Positions 9,970-19,433 of a stretch of DNA of 64,000 bases are shown here, in pieces. Origin of the DNA: an uncultured delta proteobacterium. Its GTDB lineage: Bacteria > Desulfobacterota > BSN033 > UBA1163. The stretch is taken from the NCBI GenBank assembly GCA_963828805.1, contig CAWHGS010000019.1:7089-71088 (forward strand). Direction: 5' to 3'. The notes under the pieces were generated by a model. It was not told where the DNA came from. It searched no databases and saw only the letters and a program-made list of their open reading frames with translations. Both the position numbers and the translations under genes were made by a program. Within the stretch, counting starts at the first letter, position 1; every line of letters begins with the position of its first letter.

Positions 9970-11217
9970 CTATTTGCAGTCTTTACAGGGTGGATAATCA
10001 CGGCTGTAAGACGGTTGTTTAATAAACTCCTCAGGGTTGTACTTCCAGAATTGGCTGACTTTCGGAATGGTAGCAATCACTGTATTCTGCAAGTCTTCCT
10101 TCCCCCTCTCCACTTTGCGGATATAAATATTGTGGACAGCATTATTGTAATTGTCCATCTCTAATGGACCTCTCGGCGCATCGGCGATCTTCGTTTTCTT
10201 CAAAGCCTCCACTAATTTTCCGCTGTCTTCGACATTCCCATTGATCGATCTTATCGCAGCAAAAAGCCACCGCATATTGGTGTATACCATTTCAGAGTAA
10301 AAAGAAGGAACAAAACCGTAACGTCTGCGATATTCCTGTACAAACTTCTTCGCATTGGGAGTGTCAAGAGCCGCACTCCAACTATTTGCGCTGATAATAC
10401 CGAGAGCTTCATCGCCCATAAAGCGCAGGGCGTGTTCATCCACGAAGGTGGGTCCCCCGAGGATTTTCATTTTCCCTTTGAGTCCAGCCTCCTCAAACTG
10501 CTTCGTGAAGCGGAGCGAAAAACTTCCCCAATAGAGGCAACAAACCGCATCGGCCTCTTGATTGATCTGAGAGATATAGGGAGCAAAATCCAAAACATTC
10601 ACGGGCGTCCAGATCATCTGGATTACCTTTCCACCCGCCTCTTCAAAGGTGCGATGAAAGGCTTGAATGTTATCATAGCCAAACGTGTAGTCGAGGCTCA
10701 TGGTAACAACCTTTTTGACCCCGAGGTTCTTGTATGCCCATTCTCCAAAAGGATGCATGACCTGGATTCCAGAGGAAATAGGTCGAAAGAGATAGGGGGA
10801 ATCCTTCTTAAAAGTAATATCCGAAGGGGATGCCGCCATGGTGAGGAAGGGAAGCTTTTTTTCATGGACATAGGGAGCAATCGCTCCGTTGACGCTCCCC
10901 AGCATAACGCCCGTTAAAACGTGGATGCCATCTTCCGTCACAAGCTTTCGCGCCTTGGCAAGCCCTTGCGCTGGCTTCAATGCGTCGTCTTCAACATAAA
11001 CCTTGACGGGACGGCCCGCAATCTTACCCCCGACATCATCGACGCACATGTTAAGCGCATCAACCATATCCTTCGCGTTTGCAGCGGCGGGTCCTGTCAG
11101 GGGCACAATAAACCCTATCTTAATAGGTTTCTGCTGTGCCAGGGATGGATCGATGCCTACCACGAAAAGTAAACCAACAGCAATCACCAGTACCATCATT
11201 CTGCGCATCATCGTCAT
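9970..11217 (-). CDS. periplasmic substrate-binding protein, LivK/type-1 PBP family, with C-terminal CxxC
   Basis: 415 aa with a signal peptide (MMVLVIAVGLLFVVG...AQQ) and IKIGFIVPLTGPAA. It ends in YSRDYPPCKDCK. Confidence 0.85.
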   Translation of the reverse strand: MTMMRRMMVLVIAVGLLFVVGIDPSLAQQKPIKIGFIVPLTGPAAANAKDMVDALNMCVDDVGGKIAGRPVKVYVEDDALKPAQGLAKARKLVTEDGIHVLTGVMLGSVNGAIAPYVHEKKLPFLTMAASPSDITFKKDSPYLFRPISSGIQVMHPFGEWAYKNLGVKKVVTMSLDYTFGYDNIQAFHRTFEEAGGKVIQMIWTPVNVLDFAPYISQINQEADAVCCLYWGSFSLRFTKQFEEAGLKGKMKILGGPTFVDEHALRFMGDEALGIISANSWSAALDTPNAKKFVQEYRRRYGFVPSFYSEMVYTNMRWLFAAIRSINGNVEDSGKLVEALKKTKIADAPRGPLEMDNYNNAVHNIYIRKVERGKEDLQNTVIATIPKVSQFWKYNPEEFIKQPSYSRDYPPCKDCK

Positions 11218-11278
11218 TCTCCTTTCATGGTTTGTTTCTGAATAGATTTCGTTTCCAAAAGCAGAGTTCCTTCCATCC

Positions 11279-12235
11279 CTACTCTTGGTGTTTACCCAAA
11301 ACTCGTTTCAAATACCCATAAATTCCTTCGGGAGTGTAAAACACGGTCAGGATAAAAAGAAGACCCATGATCATCATCCATCGATGAACATAAACACTGA
11401 CGAAATTCTTTATAAATACGATAACTCCTGCACCCAGGATTGCCCCAAAAAGAGTTCCTGGACCGCCAAAAGCCACCATAAGCAACGCCTCTAAAGAAAA
11501 GAAAACATCCACGTCCATGGGGCTTACGAAGCCATTATAGAAAGCCCAGAGGACTCCTGAAAAGCCGGAGATAGCCCCCGTGATAATAAAAATAAAGTAC
11601 TTATGAAGCCAAACATTATATCCCAGGACCCGCATTCTGGACTCGCTCTCCCGGATGCCGACCAAGGTCTGGCCGAAAGGAGATTGAATGATACGGACCA
11701 TCAATCCTAAGATGATGATGAAGAAGAACAGAGTGAAATAATAGAAGTTTAGGCTATCCTTGAGAGACAAGGAAGATCCCAATGTGGGTCGGATAATATC
11801 GACAATGCCGTTGTCACCGTTCGTGAAGGAAACCCATCGATTTGCAAGTCCCCAGACGACCATGCCCAGCGCCATAGTGATCAAAAGGAAATAGTGGCCT
11901 TTCGCCCGAAGCGCCAGGAGTCCAAACAGAGCCGCTGCAAAAGCGGCAAATAAAACACCGAAAACCATCGCTTCCGCAAAGGAGCCCTGGTAGCGCGTGA
12001 TCAAAATTGCAGTGGAATAGGCGCTCAATCCCATGTAGGTTGCGTGCCCAAAGGAGGGCATTCCCGTATAACCCATCAGGATGTCGAGGCTCATCGCCAC
12101 AATCGCCCAGATGAGCATTTGGGTCAGAAGTTCTACCACGTAACTTGAAGCAAAAAGAGGAAGGATCAACAACACCACGCTTGCCCCGATGAGTGCCAAG
12201 AGGGTGATCCTTCTTCCCAGCAGTTGCTTCAGCAT
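11279..12235 (-). CDS. livM: ABC transporter permease, LivM type
   Basis: 318-aa polytopic hydrophobic ORF whose start abuts the livH stop (ATGA-type junction at 12235). Confidence 0.85.
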   Translation of the reverse strand: MLKQLLGRRITLLALIGASVVLLILPLFASSYVVELLTQMLIWAIVAMSLDILMGYTGMPSFGHATYMGLSAYSTAILITRYQGSFAEAMVFGVLFAAFAAALFGLLALRAKGHYFLLITMALGMVVWGLANRWVSFTNGDNGIVDIIRPTLGSSLSLKDSLNFYYFTLFFFIIILGLMVRIIQSPFGQTLVGIRESESRMRVLGYNVWLHKYFIFIITGAISGFSGVLWAFYNGFVSPMDVDVFFSLEALLMVAFGGPGTLFGAILGAGVIVFIKNFVSVYVHRWMMIMGLLFILTVFYTPEGIYGYLKRVLGKHQE

Positions 12236-13092
12236 CAGGTGGCCCTCCCGAAAAGACCGCTTGGCCGAACAGCTAAAATAACGGCCATGGGAGCAAACAT
12301 GGTGAAATAAGAGAGTTCAGGGAAGATCGCTTTTCCAAAATTATCGATGAGACCCACAATGATGCTTCCCACAACGGCTCCTCGAAGGCTCCCGCAACCG
12401 CCGACGATCACCGTCACAAAAGCGAACGGAAGTATCTCAAAATCTACCCCGGGGAATACGCTCAGATAGGCGCTCCCTACAACCCCGGCCAGAGCCGCCA
12501 AACCGCCGCCCAGAGCAAAAGCTCCTGAAGATACCAACGGAAACTTGATTCCAACCCCTTCGGCCATCTCCCGATCATCCACCGAAGCCCTCAGCATGGC
12601 TCCGAACCTTGTCTTTTCCTGAAGCCACCAAAGGCCCACAGCTACTGCCGTGGCTAAAGCGATGAGGAATACTCTGAACCCGGGAAAAATAAGCTTCCCG
12701 ATCTTTATGCTCTTTGTGAGGTAAGCGGGAGCTACCAGCCAATGGGGGTCCCCTCCCCAGATCACTAAGGCGAGGTCCTGGAAAAAAAACATGAAACCTA
12801 CGGTAATAAGAAGTTGCCCCAGGAGTTTCCCTTCCAGCACCCTAAGAAAAAAACGCTCCATGAACACGGCTAAGAGGATACCGACGATCATCCCACAAAC
12901 AATAGCGAGATAGAAATTCCCTGACCACCACATCACGGTGAGCCCCACATAACCTCCCAGGAGGTAGTAAGAGGCGTGCGCCAGATTCACAATGTCCATG
13001 ACCCCGAAAATGATGGACAACCCGCTCGCCAAGAGAAAGATGATGGCGCCATACGAAATCCCGTTGAAGGTCTGCATGATGATGAATCTCAT
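12235..13092 (-). CDS. livH: ABC transporter permease, LivH type
   Basis: ORF 12235-13134. The start at 13092 (MRFIIMQTFNGISYG...) aligns with the paralog start MAVQFWIIQSLNGVAYG at 59101. Confidence 0.85.
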   Translation of the reverse strand: MRFIIMQTFNGISYGAIIFLLASGLSIIFGVMDIVNLAHASYYLLGGYVGLTVMWWSGNFYLAIVCGMIVGILLAVFMERFFLRVLEGKLLGQLLITVGFMFFFQDLALVIWGGDPHWLVAPAYLTKSIKIGKLIFPGFRVFLIALATAVAVGLWWLQEKTRFGAMLRASVDDREMAEGVGIKFPLVSSGAFALGGGLAALAGVVGSAYLSVFPGVDFEILPFAFVTVIVGGCGSLRGAVVGSIIVGLIDNFGKAIFPELSYFTMFAPMAVILAVRPSGLFGRAT

Positions 13093-13537
13093 GTTTCTTC
13101 CCCTAAGGCAACCCTCTTCAACATGCTTTGTCAACCGTCAGGTTTTTCACACCTTAGATCATTTCAGTTTTTTTGTCAAGAGGAATGACATTTGTGAATC
13201 TGGAATGATCGTATGTCAGTTTCTCTTAGCGATTATCTTACCGCTTCGAGGATTAGCGTTGAGACGAGTAACCTCTGTTTACAGGATTCCGGATATTCTG
13301 GAAATACACGAGAGAATAGAAAAGCTGGAAATAGGGCCTTGAAAAAGGTCATGAGAAGAATGTAATATGGACTGGGTACTTTGAATCGGATATTCCAGTT
13401 CTTTCTTTTGTTCTTACCCTTGGTCAACCATTGAAGATGCTCATGGCCGGTTGGGTCCAAAAACTCTCGGTGTATGATGTATCCCCATTGGAGGCTCCAA
13501 ATTCGAATATTTCGAGAACTCAAAAGGAGTCAATGAG

Positions 13538-14807
13538 ATGCCCAGTGCAAGTAGGATCAAAAATCGGGTGGCAATTGTAAGGATTGATTCTAGACCCTCT
13601 CGGGATGAGATTGACGAAACATTACAAAACCTATTCGCCCTTTTGGGGGGACTGAATAACCTTGTTCCGTCCGAGCGTGCGCCGGGTTTTGGTAAAGCCG
13701 AATGTCACTTTTGCGGAGGCGCCCGACAGCGGCATTACGACTCATCCCTGGCTCGCAGGACTCATCGCAAAGGCATTTAAGGACCTGGGACTTGAAGTTT
13801 ATCTGGGGGAAGCAGGAGGAACGGGCACGGGAAATAATACTCAAAGACAGTTTGAAGTCAATGGTCTTCTGGCGGTGGCCCGAGAACTGGGAATTCCCCT
13901 GAGGGATTTCAAAGACAAGAAGGAGGAGACCGTTGAGGTTAAAGTCCCTCACGGGGTTGTTGTAAAAAATTACTTTATTGCCAAAGCGGTAATGGAAGCG
14001 GATTTCAGAGTGAGTGTGCCGGTTGTTAAAACGCATTGTGAGACGACGATGACCTGTTCTTTAAAAAACATGAAGGGTGCACTGCCCTCGGACGAACTCA
14101 AAGCCCGACTTCATTCTCTTGATCTCAATTCTCACCTTGTTGATCTCAACAGCATCATAAAACCTCACCTTTCGATTATTGATGGGATCATGGGACTCAT
14201 GGGATATGGACCCGGCAGGCCAGGAATTCCCATGAATCTGGGCCTCTTGGTCGGAGGGAATGAAGCCCTCTCCGTAGATGCGACCTGCGCCCGTATCTTC
14301 GGTTATGAGCCTTACGAAATAGAACATTTGAGATTGGCTGAAGAAAGGGGGTTTGGAAGTTCCCGATCAGAGGATATTGAAATCGTGGGAGAAAAACTAG
14401 TGGACGTTATCTATAGGAACTTCGTAAGACCACCCAAAACCGTGGAAGAGATTTCCAGGTGGCCCCACATTAAAGTCATAAGTGAAGGGGGCTGCACGAG
14501 TTGTATCAGTGGAGTTGCCTATGCCCTTCACGCCTGGGCGCCCCAGGATAAATTAGAGATGGGAAAACCTGTCTCCATTATCATGGGGAGGGATGTCAAC
14601 CCCAGCAAAGGCTACGGACCAAACGTCATTGCTCTCGGCAAATGTACCCAATCTTTGAAAGGGAGGGAGGATGTTACCTTTATCGCAGGGTGTCCTCCCC
14701 CCATCCGGAAACTGATGGAACAGATCAAGAACAAGCTGGGCTATTACGATGAGCCAGCCTGGAAGCCTCCGTATGAGAGTCCTGAGAACCCGGAGGATCC
14801 TCACTAA
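13538..14807 (+). CDS. DUF362 domain protein (one frame break near 13667)
   Basis: ORFs 13538-13780 and 13662-14807 join as ...LGGLNNLV/RPSVRRVLVKPNV... when one C is removed. VKTHCETTMTCSLKNMKG is typical of DUF362. AAGGAG lies 8 nt before the ATG. Confidence 0.7.
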
Positions 14808-14942
14808 ACCTAAGGGGGGTGAGGTCCAGGGGAGCAAGGTTTTCCTCTTTGTTTTTGTCGGTTACGCTATGCTTCATGCCCTATGGCGATGCCATTTTCT
14901 GCATAACATGGAATGGGCCATTCAAGAAAGGAGGATTTCTCA

Positions 14943-15296
14943 ATGATCGAAGGAAGGCTCATAAGACTCTCTGATCTTCAACCGACCTGCCCGCCAGACC
15001 ACAAGGACACCCACTCTTACGAGATTATCTCCAGGAATACCGTGGGGGCGAAGCACATCGAATTCCTCTTGAGCGAGGTTCAACCGGGAGGAGAGGCTGA
15101 AGAAAATATTCACCTTTCTTCAGAGCATGCCTACTTCATGATTTCGGGGGTTGGTGAAGCGAAGGTGGAAGGGAAAACGTTCACCCTTCATCCCGAAGAC
15201 TGCCTCTTTATCCCTCCCGGGGCGAAGCATTCGATCAAGCCTATCGGAGGGCAGGGCATCCGGTTGATCGTTGTTTTTGCGCCTCCTAAAGAATAA
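14943..15296 (+). CDS. cupin domain protein
   Basis: ORF 14913-15296. ATG at 14943 follows AAGGAGG. Cupin-like GGEAEENIHLSSEHAYFMISG...LFIPPGAKHSI. Confidence 0.7.
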   Translation: MIEGRLIRLSDLQPTCPPDHKDTHSYEIISRNTVGAKHIEFLLSEVQPGGEAEENIHLSSEHAYFMISGVGEAKVEGKTFTLHPEDCLFIPPGAKHSIKPIGGQGIRLIVVFAPPKE

Positions 15297-15470
15297 TCCT
15301 TCACACGAATGCATTTTGGCCTAAGGAGTGTGTGATGAATTTTGGTCACTTCTCGGAACGTGTGAAAAAACCAGATGTCTATGCCTCGGGCCAGTCTTGG
15401 GTGCGGATGGAGCGATGTTTTGCAGTCCCATTGGGTATGGCTTAAGCTTCGGTCGTCAGGAGGACGAGAA

Positions 15471-17255
15471 ATGAGAAAATCAGGCCGTGCAGCAAATGTA
15501 GACGCAGTAATCGGAACCGGCAATCTATCGAAAAGGGAGTATAACATTGTTTTGGAGCGTGAGGTTTCTGTGCCTGCGAGCGACGGCGTCACTATTGATG
15601 TTGACCTCGTTCGGCCGGATGGGGACGGGAAGTTCCCTGCACTGCTGTCGATATCACCGTACTCGAAAGAATTTCAGATGGACCGCTTCTGGCCTGGAAT
15701 TTATGGTGGGAGAAGGGTTCGGGGGGTGCCCGATTCTTCGATGGAGATAGGGCCAATAGAGTTTCTTGTCCGCAGAGGTTACGTCCAAATCATTGGCTCC
15801 GTCCGCGGAACAGGAAAATCAGGCGGCACGTACCGGTATATGGATCAACGAGAGGCCAGGGACACATACGATATCGTGGAATGGGCAGCCAGGCAGCCCT
15901 GGTGCAACGGAAGCGTGGGTATGTTAGGGGTCTCCTATTTTGCCTGGAATCAGTTGCCGGCCGCTGCACTCCAGCCACCGCATCTTAAAGCGATCATGCC
16001 CTTTTTCGGGGCGACCGATGCTTACAGAGATGTCTGGTATCATGGCGGAATCCTATCGGCGCATTTTCTTAATTTCTGGGGGTCGATGACGGTCCTCGAT
16101 CTTCACTCGCAGGCCAGTGTGTCCCGGGGGGAAATGGGGGATGAGGCGTTCAAAGAAGCAATCGCCAGCGCCTTGGAAGATAAGGATATCATCGGGCACT
16201 CAATTTTTAATTACAGATCGATTCTGGAAAATCCGGATGCGCTTACCAATGCAGTCAAGGTCGATGTTCTGCTGCACCCCACAGATGGTCCTTACTACCA
16301 AGAACGTTCGGGACATGAGGATAATATTAAGATACCTACCTATATCGGATCGTGTTGGGCCAATTTCAATCTGCACCTGCCCGGGGCGTTCCGGAGCTGG
16401 CAAAACATCAAGGGACCCAAGAAGATGGTCATTGGACCTCCCATCTACCTGGATGCGCCCGTTCACCAGTATCAATGGGAGATCCTTCGATGGTACGACC
16501 ATTGGCTGAAGGGAATAGATACCGGCATCATGGACGAGCCACCGATCAAGATTTTTGTGCCGGGCGCCAATGAATGGAAAATGGCGGAGGATTGGCCTCT
16601 TCCGGATACAAGGTGGATTCCCTTCCACCTTCACACCGGCGGCATTCTATGCGATACGGTAGAGCCATGGCCTGACGCGCCCAGCGCTACCTATGAGGAC
16701 TCTCCGAACAAGCGCGGCAGCCTCAAGTATTACTCGCCTGCGTTGGTCGAAAATACGGAGGTAATAGGCCCAATGGTGTTGAACCTTTACGCCTCCTGTA
16801 GAGGCACCGACATCAATTTCTTTGTTAGCCTGTGGGACGTGGACCCGCAGGGCAAGGAAACTCTGCTGACCAGGGGATGGCTCAAGGGCTCGCACCGGGA
16901 GATAGACCCCGAACGGTCAACACCGTGGCAACCGTTTCACCCCCATACGAATCCAAAGCCGCTCGTACCCGGGCAGGTTTATGAATTCAATATTGAGATC
17001 ATACCGACGGCCAATCTGTTCAAGGTTGGCCACCGGATCTGCCTCAAGATCAGCGGCGCAGATGATGAGTCGCCCCAGGCGATGCTCGACCTGATCAGGG
17101 GACACCATCTTTGGGGTCAAACACCCACTTCGGTTACCATCTACCACGATGCGGATCGTCCATCCTACCTGCTTCTGCCGATTACCCGGGGCAATATCGT
17201 GGGCACCTTTCTTTCAGGAGGTGACATAAGTTTAAGAGAACTGAAGGTGATATAG
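15471..17255 (+). CDS. CocE/NonD family hydrolase (S15 X-Pro dipeptidyl-peptidase fold)
   Basis: ORF 15375-17255. ATG at 15471 follows AGGAGG. VRGTGKSGG...DIVEWAARQPWCNGSVGMLGVSYFAWNQ nucleophile region. Confidence 0.85.
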   Translation: MRKSGRAANVDAVIGTGNLSKREYNIVLEREVSVPASDGVTIDVDLVRPDGDGKFPALLSISPYSKEFQMDRFWPGIYGGRRVRGVPDSSMEIGPIEFLVRRGYVQIIGSVRGTGKSGGTYRYMDQREARDTYDIVEWAARQPWCNGSVGMLGVSYFAWNQLPAAALQPPHLKAIMPFFGATDAYRDVWYHGGILSAHFLNFWGSMTVLDLHSQASVSRGEMGDEAFKEAIASALEDKDIIGHSIFNYRSILENPDALTNAVKVDVLLHPTDGPYYQERSGHEDNIKIPTYIGSCWANFNLHLPGAFRSWQNIKGPKKMVIGPPIYLDAPVHQYQWEILRWYDHWLKGIDTGIMDEPPIKIFVPGANEWKMAEDWPLPDTRWIPFHLHTGGILCDTVEPWPDAPSATYEDSPNKRGSLKYYSPALVENTEVIGPMVLNLYASCRGTDINFFVSLWDVDPQGKETLLTRGWLKGSHREIDPERSTPWQPFHPHTNPKPLVPGQVYEFNIEIIPTANLFKVGHRICLKISGADDESPQAMLDLIRGHHLWGQTPTSVTIYHDADRPSYLLLPITRGNIVGTFLSGGDISLRELKVI

Positions 17256-17598
17256 GAAGAAGGAGAGGGATCTAAGAATCCGAAATCACACATCCAATCC
17301 AGTCAACCCGATCCCCCTTATCGTTCTCAAATCGATTTCGATTTGCCGGCTTCTCTTCTGACAACATCAAGACCTCATCAGTGAGTTCCTTGCCCCATTG
17401 CGGAATGCGGAATGTGAATTGCGGAATTTTCAATCACCAATCGTTGGACGGACCTCACGACGAAGTCTGAAATCCAAAATCGAAAATCAGTCGATAGCCG
17501 CTATTCCAGGAGGGAGATTTTCTGGGCTTTGAGGGAACCTCCGCTCCATCTTGACGACCCACTTGTCTGACTGAATAATTAAGTCAGAGAGGGATGGA

Positions 17599-18597
17599 AT
17601 GGATCACAGGGCCGGCATCCAACTTTTTAGATTCCGTGATTTCTATCCTAATGTTTTGATCGGGATGGCAAGCGATCGGTATGCAGGATGGATCGGGCAG
17701 GTCTACACGGAGGGGCGATACACCCAAGGGATCACTCAGCGGACCCACAAGGTAGGGGATAAGACCTTCGTCGAAAAGGTCCTGCCGGTAGAGAGTGTTC
17801 AAGAGTACTTCGAGCACTTTCCGATTCTTGAAATCGATTACACCTTTTACCGGTTACTTCTTGACGAGGGTGGCAAGCCCACCCAGAATTACCACGTTTT
17901 GAGGAGCTACCGGGGTCACATGACCGACAAGGATTCGGTCATCCTCAAGGTTCCCCAGGTGATTACGGCCAGGAGGTTGAGAAGGGGAGGCGCCTCTGTT
18001 GAGAACGAGACCTACCTGAACCCCAGGATTTTTACGGAGCAGTTTTACAAGCCGGCAAACGAGATCCTCGGGTCTAACCTTGCCGGATTTGCCTTCGAAC
18101 AGGAATACCATCTTAAAAAAGACCGGTTTGAGCCGGATCAGTTAGCGAAGGATCTGGACTCCTTCTTCAGCAAGATCCCGAAAGACACCCGCTACCATAT
18201 CGAGCTTCGCACAGAGGCCTACCTGAGCGATCCGGTTTTTGAAGTCCTTGAGAAACACGGAGTGGGCCTCGTATTCTCCCACTGGACATGGCTGCCTCCT
18301 CTGAGGAAACAATTTGAAAAGACAGGCGGGCGATTCTTCAATTCCGGGAACCAATCGATCATCCGCCTCATCACACCCTTCAGGATGTCCTACGAGGAGT
18401 CCTACGCAAAGGCCTTTCCCTTTGATAAGATGGTCGACGGGATGCTGAATCCCCCGATGATAGAGGATGTGATTGACTTGATCCTGGAGGGGATAAAGAA
18501 CAGAGAGAGGCGGATGATGATCATCATCAACAACCGCGCCGGCGGAAACGGTCCCTTGATTGCACAGTCAATCGCCGCAAGGCTTTTGGCAACATAG
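17599..18597 (+). CDS. DUF72 (UPF0759) family protein
   Basis: 332 aa. The N-terminal IGMASDRYAGWIGQVY...YFEHFPILEIDYTFYR pattern resembles DUF72. Confidence 0.6.
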   Translation: MDHRAGIQLFRFRDFYPNVLIGMASDRYAGWIGQVYTEGRYTQGITQRTHKVGDKTFVEKVLPVESVQEYFEHFPILEIDYTFYRLLLDEGGKPTQNYHVLRSYRGHMTDKDSVILKVPQVITARRLRRGGASVENETYLNPRIFTEQFYKPANEILGSNLAGFAFEQEYHLKKDRFEPDQLAKDLDSFFSKIPKDTRYHIELRTEAYLSDPVFEVLEKHGVGLVFSHWTWLPPLRKQFEKTGGRFFNSGNQSIIRLITPFRMSYEESYAKAFPFDKMVDGMLNPPMIEDVIDLILEGIKNRERRMMIIINNRAGGNGPLIAQSIAARLLAT

Positions 18598-18713
18598 ACG
18601 GGATCTCTGCTTAGTGTTTCGGGTTCACATCGTTCAACTGTCAGAAATTATTATTGCGCTCCCCCTTCTGACTGCGATATTCACCGGGTAACCCTTTTAT
18701 GGTGTGATGCGGT

Positions 18714-19412
18714 TTATGAGGTCCGGTGGCGGTAGCTGACGCAAAAGCCGTCGTCCAAGGTTGCGCTCAGGGTGACGGTATCAAAGTCGGGATGCTTCCG
18801 GATCATCTTCAGGTAATCCTGCATGGAACCGGCCTGGCGGATGGCGTTGTGGACCGCGAGGATTCCGCCCGGGAGAAGCTTCTTCGGGTAGAGTTTGTTG
18901 AAGTAGTCCACTTGCCCCTCTTTGTCGGCATCCATGAAAACGAAATCGAAAGGTCCCTCGATCTTTGTTATCTCTCTGTGGGCGTCGCCCTTGATGAGGC
19001 TGACCCGCTGAGATAAGCCTGCTTCGGCTACATGCCTGCGTGCAAGATCGTATCGCTCTGCGTCGATTTCAAGGGTGGTCAGGCGGCCATCGGTTTCCTC
19101 AAGGCCCAGCCCCATCCAGATCGCCGAATACCCGTGCGACGTACCCAGTTCGAGGACATTCCTTGCACGAGTTGCCTTGACCATGAGATGGAGGAACTCA
19201 CCATCCTTGCGGGGCACGCTCCAAAACTGATATCCCTTGGCGTCCATCTCGTCCAGCAACCGTTTCAGTTGCACGGGGTCGCGTTTGACCGAACCCGGGC
19301 TGCCTTCCGCTCCGCTCGCGAGGGGAGACGGAATCTGCGAGGCAACCGCCAAGAGGGCCCCTCCTGTGGTTTTGAGAAACCCCCGACGACTCAATGACTT
19401 CCCTGTTTTCAT
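18714..19412 (-). CDS. class I SAM-dependent O-methyltransferase (family 3, caffeoyl-CoA OMT-like) with twin-arginine signal
   Basis: 232 aa. N-terminus MKTGKSLSRRGFLKTTGGALLAVA (SRRxFLK Tat motif), VLELGTSHGYSAIWM SAM motif and DFVFMDADK. Confidence 0.85.
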   Translation of the reverse strand: MKTGKSLSRRGFLKTTGGALLAVASQIPSPLASGAEGSPGSVKRDPVQLKRLLDEMDAKGYQFWSVPRKDGEFLHLMVKATRARNVLELGTSHGYSAIWMGLGLEETDGRLTTLEIDAERYDLARRHVAEAGLSQRVSLIKGDAHREITKIEGPFDFVFMDADKEGQVDYFNKLYPKKLLPGGILAVHNAIRQAGSMQDYLKMIRKHPDFDTVTLSATLDDGFCVSYRHRTS

Positions 19413-19433
19413 GGCCCTTCCCCTCCTCTGCGC

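Noticed and set aside
13233-13523. 96-aa minus-strand ORF in the livH-DUF362 divergent spacer.
   Set aside because: It has no RBS, no recognisable motif and an odd composition. The region is better explained as a promoter or operator spacer.
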